Shown here: positions 58,255 through 64,000 of the stretch, one piece after another
Numbering within the stretch: the stretch's first letter is position 1
Layout of the letters: each line of letters starts with the position of its first letter
Assembly: GCA_031272545.1 (NCBI GenBank)
Contig: JAISTP010000022.1
Coordinates: 1,533 to 65,532, forward strand
DNA: 64,000 nt
Source of the DNA: Bacilli bacterium
GTDB taxonomy: Bacteria > Bacillota_I > Bacilli_A > JAJDGJ01
Direction: 5' to 3'
Position numbers and translations under genes: made by a program
The notes under the pieces: generated by a model
Told to the model about the DNA's origin: nothing
The model's input: the letters and a program-made list of their open reading frames with translations, nothing else
The model's database searches: none

Positions 58255-59457
58255 TTAAACTTTATTTTTACTACCTTTACTTCCCTGTTCACCATAATGT
58301 TCTAAGACATTTGTATCAAAAGTAGTGACTAATTGTTTATTTTCTCTTTTTCTTTTAATAGCTAATTTAATTAATTCATCACATAATTTATCAAAAGGTA
58401 GATCTACTTCTGTCCATAAATAGAAAGCTAATGAACCAGGGATAGTATTAACTTCATTTAAATATACTTCATTAGTATTTTTATCAATTAAGAAATCTAT
58501 TCTTGTATCGCCTGATAAATTTAAAGCTTTAAATCCTTTAATAGCTAACTCTCTTACTTTAGCTTCAACTTCTTTACTTAAAGGAGCTGGAATTAAACGT
58601 TTAGTATTAGCCATACCACCAGCATCTTTATTTTTACTAGCTTTCGAACTTCCATTAGAACCATATTTATCACTATATGCTAGTAAATCACCTTCATGAA
58701 AAACTTGTTCAATAGCAGAAGTTTGTTGGCTAGAATAATCTCCTAGAACAGCACAATTAACTTCAATTAAATTATCAATTACTCTTTCAACAACAATTTT
58801 ATTTTCATATCTTAAAGCTTCACTAATGCTTTCTTTTAAAGAAGCTTTATCTTTAGCAATACTAATACCAACACTACTTCCCAAGTTAGCTGGTTTTACA
58901 ATAATAGGATATCTTAAATTAGTTTCAATTCTTTTAATAATACTATCTTCATCTTGATAATAATCACAATCATAGAACCAATCATATTTAACTACATTAA
59001 CGCCATTAGCTTGAAGAATACTTTTCATAAATACTTTATCTTGACCAACAGCTGCTCCTTTTGTATCACAAAAAGTATAAGTAGCATCTAAAGATTCAAG
59101 CATCCCTTGTAAAGTACCATCTTCTCCATTAGTACCATGCATCACCACAAAGAAAACATCTATTTCACTAATCTTAGATCCAAATAATTTATTTTCTATA
59201 GTATGTATTTCAATATTGTTTTTAACTTTTTTAAAAACAATATTTTGACCTGCTTCAATAGCTTTATTTAAATCTTTAAAATTACTAATATCAAAATATT
59301 GTTTAGAATAATAAAAGTCTTTATTTTTACTTATATATATTGGAAAAACTTCATAACGTTCTTCATCAAGAACATTTAAAACTTGATTAGCACTAATAAT
59401 ACTAATTTCATGTTCAACACTAGCTCCTCCAAAAATTACACCAATTCTTAGTTTCAT
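58255..59457 (-). CDS. ddl: D-alanine--D-alanine ligase (long form, 400 aa)
   Basis: IGVIFGGASVEHEISIIS N-terminus, ATP-grasp blocks (IIVKPANLGSSVGI, EVNTIPG). Carries a G/S/K-rich insertion and tail. Confidence 0.85.
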   Translation of the reverse strand: MKLRIGVIFGGASVEHEISIISANQVLNVLDEERYEVFPIYISKNKDFYYSKQYFDISNFKDLNKAIEAGQNIVFKKVKNNIEIHTIENKLFGSKISEIDVFFVVMHGTNGEDGTLQGMLESLDATYTFCDTKGAAVGQDKVFMKSILQANGVNVVKYDWFYDCDYYQDEDSIIKRIETNLRYPIIVKPANLGSSVGISIAKDKASLKESISEALRYENKIVVERVIDNLIEVNCAVLGDYSSQQTSAIEQVFHEGDLLAYSDKYGSNGSSKASKNKDAGGMANTKRLIPAPLSKEVEAKVRELAIKGFKALNLSGDTRIDFLIDKNTNEVYLNEVNTIPGSLAFYLWTEVDLPFDKLCDELIKLAIKRKRENKQLVTTFDTNVLEHYGEQGSKGSKNKV

Positions 59458-59526
59458 AACATCACATCCTTACAATATTATATCATTATAAATAAGTAGT
59501 TGCTATGTTTGAAATGTTAAGTTTAT

Positions 59527-60156
59527 TTATTTAACTAAATTAATAATAGTTTTCGCAATATCTTTAATATCTTCATCATGAGTCGCAATAATAATTGTTT
59601 TATCATTTTCATTTAATTTTTTTAATAATGAAATAATTAATTGACAATTATTCTTATCTAAATTACCAGTTGGTTCATCACATATTATGAATGGACTCTC
59701 TCGCATCAAAGCTCTTACTAAAGCAACCCTTATTTGCATTCCTGCACTTAAAGTATTAACTAAAACATTTAAATCTATTTCTAGATTAACATCTTTAAGA
59801 TACTTATTCATTAATTCTTTTTTCTCAACTACAGATAATTTTTTATCTAATAAAGCTAAATTCAAATTATAATAAATGCTTTGATCTAATAATAAGAAAC
59901 CATCTTGTGATAAGTAAGATATATATTTATTTTTAATAGTTCTCTTACTAATAATTTTATTAGTATCATCTAGATATTTTATTGTGCCAGCATTAATATT
60001 TTCAATATAACTAATCATATTTAATAATGTTGTCTTGCCTACACCACTATTACCATATATTGCAATAAAATCATTTTCTTTAATTTCTAAATCAAAATTA
60101 TTAAAAATTATATTACTACCATATTTTTTACAAACTTTATCAAGAATTATTTTCAT
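59527..60156 (-). CDS. ABC transporter ATP-binding protein (bacteriocin-locus associated)
   Basis: Walker A GNSGVGKTT, signature LSAGMQ, Walker B FIICDEPT. Confidence 0.85.
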   Translation of the reverse strand: MKIILDKVCKKYGSNIIFNNFDLEIKENDFIAIYGNSGVGKTTLLNMISYIENINAGTIKYLDDTNKIISKRTIKNKYISYLSQDGFLLLDQSIYYNLNLALLDKKLSVVEKKELMNKYLKDVNLEIDLNVLVNTLSAGMQIRVALVRALMRESPFIICDEPTGNLDKNNCQLIISLLKKLNENDKTIIIATHDEDIKDIAKTIINLVK

Positions 60157-61964
60157 TATTTACTCCTCATTTCTATTATTAAGTATTTATTAATTAAACG
60201 ATAAAACATCACATAAAAAATAAGAATATTTATTATAATTAAACTAATCAAAATAACTAATTTAAATAAACTAAAATTAATTATAATAAATAAAGCTATC
60301 ATTAAATAAATAATACTAGTGATAATAATTAATTCTTTAAATACTTTAAATATTGAATATCCAAAATGATATTTAATACATATTTGTCTTTGATAATGAT
60401 AAATAATACTAAATAATAATGTAAAATTAAATATTACTAAGCATAACAAATTAATAAAACTAAATAAGATATTCTCCATAGTAATATAATTTAAATAATA
60501 TTGAGATGATTCAACCATATTATTTATACTAATAACATTAACATTACCTTTATATCCTACTTGATGATAATATTCTTCAATAACTTCTTTAGCATTCTTA
60601 AAGCCAGTTGTTCTAAAATAATAAGTATCTAAATAATCTTCTTTATTTATTTTAATGTCGATATCTCCACTATCTGTTCTAGCAAGACCATTATCTAATA
60701 TTAAAATGTCTTTATTACTTGCGATAGATATAGTTTGATAGTTTTTTAAATATTTATTATTAGATGTTAAATAATAATTGTGATCATCTTTTATAAATAC
60801 TCTTTTATTACTTTTATTTAAGATGAAAAAATTATTTAAATAATTCTTTGTTGTCTCTACTACTAAATAACCATTACTATTATCAGTATTAAGAGAAAAA
60901 GCATTGTTATTACTAATTAATTCTTTATTAACCTTAATTAATTGTTGTTCATTACTATTTAAAGGGACTTCAAATGTATAATAATCATCCTTTAAATTAG
61001 ATGAAGTATATAAATTACTCATTTTATTTAAATTATAAACATTACTAACATGATTAATAACAATAACATTTATGATAATAAATAATAAAGAAAGAAAGAT
61101 TATTATTACTTTTCTTATATTCCTTTTTTTAAATAAATAAACTATTTTTAAGATAGCCATTTCAAATAATATTATTATTAATAATAAGAAAACTAATAAG
61201 GCAATAATAATTAAAAATGAATAATTTATTGCACGATAATATAATAATAATATTAATAAACTAATTATTAAAATAATACTAATTTGTTTTATTCGATTAT
61301 TAAGAACTAATTTTCTTAATACCAACAAATTATTATATCCAAAACTATTTAAGATATTTAATTCTTTAGATTTTTTATTAATATGATAAAAATCATAAAG
61401 AATAAAAGATAATGTTATTAACATACAACTTGAAATAAAATACATAAAATAAGTATTATCATAATAATTATCTGTATATTGTTCTTTTTCTATTATATTA
61501 AACTTATTAACTAGACCATATTTAACAAATTGATTTTTAATTTGTTCATAGTTAATATTATCTTTATATAAACTAAACATTTGTAAATCATTAAAAGATA
61601 TATCTTTCTTTTCATATCTAAAATTAAAGATATATTGATTAATAATATCATTTTGATAATTTTTAAAATAATTAATACAACTTAAATATTTACTTTGAGG
61701 ATCTTTATAATAAAGATTATTTTTATCTCCTATTTTAAAATTAGTTACTGTACTTTGAAATATTAAATTATTATTAATAATCATCTCTTTTAATTTATTA
61801 ATATCATTTCTAGAATAATTAAACATTTCTGAAGCAACTACACTAACATAATCATTATTACTATCACAATCTTGTGATATCAGACTATTATAATTACCTA
61901 TAGTAATAATTATTAAAAAAGATAAAAATAATGATGATAAAATTAATAGTATTTTAGTTTTCAT
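60156..61964 (-). CDS. Bacteriocin-associated integral membrane protein (FtsX-like permease/immunity type)
   Basis: Layout is TM1, extracellular domain, TM cluster, a second extracellular domain, TM cluster. Size and position match the membrane gene of lactococcin-972-type operons. The ATG at 61964 follows GGAG; the track start at 61979 is a TTG. Confidence 0.55.
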   Translation of the reverse strand: MKTKILLILSSLFLSFLIIITIGNYNSLISQDCDSNNDYVSVVASEMFNYSRNDINKLKEMIINNNLIFQSTVTNFKIGDKNNLYYKDPQSKYLSCINYFKNYQNDIINQYIFNFRYEKKDISFNDLQMFSLYKDNINYEQIKNQFVKYGLVNKFNIIEKEQYTDNYYDNTYFMYFISSCMLITLSFILYDFYHINKKSKELNILNSFGYNNLLVLRKLVLNNRIKQISIILIISLLILLLYYRAINYSFLIIIALLVFLLLIIILFEMAILKIVYLFKKRNIRKVIIIFLSLLFIIINVIVINHVSNVYNLNKMSNLYTSSNLKDDYYTFEVPLNSNEQQLIKVNKELISNNNAFSLNTDNSNGYLVVETTKNYLNNFFILNKSNKRVFIKDDHNYYLTSNNKYLKNYQTISIASNKDILILDNGLARTDSGDIDIKINKEDYLDTYYFRTTGFKNAKEVIEEYYHQVGYKGNVNVISINNMVESSQYYLNYITMENILFSFINLLCLVIFNFTLLFSIIYHYQRQICIKYHFGYSIFKVFKELIIITSIIYLMIALFIIINFSLFKLVILISLIIINILIFYVMFYRLINKYLIIEMRSK

Positions 61965-61988
61965 ATATTGGAGCTCCAATCACCATAG

Positions 61989-62342
61989 TTATTTTATAGT
62001 TGTAGCACAATGAACATGTGATGCAAAATTACCCCATCCAGCCGCAAAAGAAAATGCACCATTTTTTCTTTTAGGGCCAACATAAGTAAATTTTGAATTT
62101 TTCATTTTTACCCATGAATAATAATACTTGTTTTGTTTAGCTGAATATGAAGTTGTATAATATCTTGCACCAGCATCAAAAGTACGATCAATTCCAGAGT
62201 AATAATCAAAACTACTTTTTTGAATATCATTGGCAATATAATTATGATAAACACACATTTTAGCATTAATATTCAAACCACTTATCATTGTTATTAAAAA
62301 TACTAGTATTAAAGATAATACTAATTTATAAGCTGATTTCAT
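61989..62342 (-). CDS. Lactococcin 972 family bacteriocin precursor (putative)
   Basis: Sec signal peptide (cleavage near NINA/K). The ~90-aa Tyr/Ser-rich mature part ends in GWGNFASHVHCATT, reminiscent of Lcn972 SNYHHGSKTHSATV. Same three-gene context as lcn972. Confidence 0.5.
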   Translation of the reverse strand: MKSAYKLVLSLILVFLITMISGLNINAKMCVYHNYIANDIQKSSFDYYSGIDRTFDAGARYYTTSYSAKQNKYYYSWVKMKNSKFTYVGPKRKNGAFSFAAGWGNFASHVHCATTIK

Positions 62343-62414
62343 TATTAGTATTCCTTCCTTTTATTTTTATAAAATTCATGAATTTTATTTATTTTAACAT
62401 TTTTTAAATTACCA

Positions 62415-62422
62415 CCCCCCCC
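62415..62422 (-). repeat. G8 (C8 on the plus strand) homopolymer tract upstream of the bacteriocin gene
   Basis: Counted directly as eight consecutive C at 62415-62422. It lies between a TTG and the extended -10 TGTTAAAAT on the minus strand. Confidence 0.9.
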
Positions 62423-62526
62423 AACGTACATAAAAAGTACACATTAAAAAGTTTGTTGCACTAATTTCTATAATAAATTACAAACGTTAATTTTCTATAT
62501 TTTATTATCTATAACATTAATTTCCT

Positions 62527-62937
62527 TTATTCACTATAAACTTTTCTAAATATAATTCCAACAATAATATTTAAAATTCCTGTTAAAACAAATAAAATAT
62601 AAGGTCCAAAATTAGATAAACTAGTTTGTATTTGATAAGCAAAATTATAATATGGTATTAAAAGAATAATAGCTAATAATAACCATATAACGTAAATAAC
62701 AACAATTTCTTTTCTTATAACAAAAAGATTACAAATTCTACTATCTAATACAATAGTTAAAACAATTGGTAAAATGACTTTTAATGATTTTATTATAACT
62801 AAAGTAGAAGTAGTAGTAGAACCACTATAAATTAAATTATTATTTAGATAACCAAGATAATATATTGATAATATTCCTACAACTAATAATATTATAATTC
62901 TTATGATTGTAATTAATTTGAAACTTTTAATGTCCAT
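62527..62937 (-). CDS. Hypothetical 4-TM membrane protein
   Basis: 136 aa with four hydrophobic helices. No known motif. Confidence 0.4.
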   Translation of the reverse strand: MDIKSFKLITIIRIIILLVVGILSIYYLGYLNNNLIYSGSTTTSTLVIIKSLKVILPIVLTIVLDSRICNLFVIRKEIVVIYVIWLLLAIILLIPYYNFAYQIQTSLSNFGPYILFVLTGILNIIVGIIFRKVYSE

Positions 62938-63016
62938 ATAAACTCCCCTTTCTCATATAAAGACTTAAATAAATAGCTAATTGAACAATTTAATTACATT
63001 CTAAAGATTTAACCAG

Positions 63017-63631
63017 TTACAAATAACAACTATCTATTTTATTAATTTCTAATTTAGCATTAAATTGTTGTTCTATATTATTAATATCATTTTCATTTTC
63101 TAAATATATTATTAATTTAACTTTATCTTCATAACTAATATCTTTAATAATACCATCTAATTTATTAATAGTATATTTTAATTTTTCATTATTAGAATAA
63201 TCAATATTAATAATATAACCATAATATAATCTAGCTACTTTTATATCAGCTTTAGCTAGCGTATGTTTTAAAACTCCTGAATAAGCTCTAATTAATCCTC
63301 CAACTCCTAGTAAAGTTCCTCCAAAATATCTTGTAACAACGACAAGGACATTAACTAAATTTTCATATCTTAATATTTCTAACATTGGTAGTCCAGCTGT
63401 TTTTGATGGTTCACCATCATCTGATTGATTTTCAATATTTTGAAACTCATTTTTTATAATATAAGCATAACAATGATGACGTGCTTTAGGATGCTTTTCT
63501 TTAACAATATTTAAAAATTGCTTAGCTTCTTCTTCATTGTTAATCGGAAATATCTCACAAATAAATTGTGATTTTAAAACAACATCAGTATGAGTTATGT
63601 AGTCTTTAATTAATTTAATATTTTTAATCAT
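63017..63631 (-). CDS. yigZ: YigZ/IMPACT family protein
   Basis: KARHHCYAY ... DDGEPSKTAGLPML ... VVTRYFGGTLLG blocks typical of UPF0029/YigZ. Confidence 0.8.
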   Translation of the reverse strand: MIKNIKLIKDYITHTDVVLKSQFICEIFPINNEEEAKQFLNIVKEKHPKARHHCYAYIIKNEFQNIENQSDDGEPSKTAGLPMLEILRYENLVNVLVVVTRYFGGTLLGVGGLIRAYSGVLKHTLAKADIKVARLYYGYIINIDYSNNEKLKYTINKLDGIIKDISYEDKVKLIIYLENENDINNIEQQFNAKLEINKIDSCYL

Positions 63632-63704
63632 ATAATTACCTACTTTACTTAATATTACTATTATACAAGAAAATAATAAAAATGGCTTTAAGCCATTTAA
63701 TTAT

Positions 63705-64000
63705 CTATAATATTAACATACTATCACCAAAACTAAAGAAACGATATTTTTCATCTATAGCATGTTGATAAGCTTTCATAATTAATTCTTTATTAGCAAA
63801 AGCACTTACTAACATCATAAGTGTGGATTTAGGTAAATGAAAATTGGTTATTTGAGCATCTACCACTTTAAAATCAAAACCTGGATAAATAAAAATATCA
63901 GTATTACCCATACACGCTTTTATCTCATTATATTTATGAGCTATTGTTTCTAATGTTCTTGTGGAAGTTGTGCCAACACTAATTATTCTTTGATTATTAA
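63705..64000 (-). CDS. queA: S-adenosylmethionine:tRNA ribosyltransferase-isomerase; N-terminal part lies beyond the window end
   Basis: The C-terminal QueA sequence ([31 protein letters not shown]) and the frame continues open to 64000 (..[11 protein letters not shown]..). Confidence 0.85.
   Translation of the reverse strand, partial: NNQRIISVGTTSTRTLETIAHKYNEIKACMGNTDIFIYPGFDFKVVDAQITNFHLPKSTLMMLVSAFANKELIMKAYQHAIDEKYRFFSFGDSMLIL

Noticed and set aside
1-64000. Alternative genetic code (UGA read as Trp, as in Mollicutes), considered because of the extreme AT content.
   Set aside because: Standard-code translation gives full-length, motif-complete proteins (MutS, NrdD, MetH and others) with no apparent truncation at TGA.

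Overview
Very AT-rich chromosomal segment that reads cleanly with the standard code. LTA synthase, T-box leaders, a sortase-type sorting signal and an NlpC/P60 hydrolase point to a low-GC Gram-positive (Firmicutes). About 60 genes, mostly on the minus strand and mostly housekeeping. In window order: rapZ (partial), rplS, kup, sstT, ltaS-like, ispD, tmcAL, nrdDG, a methionine operon (metY-metA-yitJ-like-activation domain-metH), an argG-argH operon, tRNA-Asn and tRNA-Glu, uppS-cdsA-dxr-rseP, asnA, two MATE pumps, thiolase/reductase, mutS-mutL, a PiT phosphate transporter, ddl, yigZ and queA (partial). Regulatory RNAs I can read directly: a cobalamin riboswitch before nrdDG, a T-box before the met operon, and two tandem Asn-type T-boxes before asnA. 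Most noteworthy observations: (1) An Abi_2/HEPN-type abortive-infection gene sits between mutS and mutL. It is bracketed by a perfect 29-bp direct repeat that duplicates the mutL ribosome-binding site and first three codons, and a GC-rich convergent hairpin or candidate small RNA lies at its 3' end. (2) A 27-codon leader ORF with three consecutive rare CGN Arg codons, followed by a strong terminator, precedes a translationally coupled operon: GNAT-alanine-racemase fusion, VanX-like M15 dipeptidase, argG, argH and a 34-aa hydrophobic peptide. (3) A lactococcin-972-like bacteriocin / 7TM-type membrane protein / ABC ATPase locus has a G8 tract in its promoter region. (4) An orphan, degenerate McrB-like AAA+ gene is fused into the rseP operon. 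(5) A 42-nt motif (35/42 identical) lies at the same distance upstream of the promoters of both T-box-controlled operons. No CRISPR array, transposase, integrase or rRNA was seen. All family assignments rest on motifs read by eye and remembered family signatures; no database search was run.
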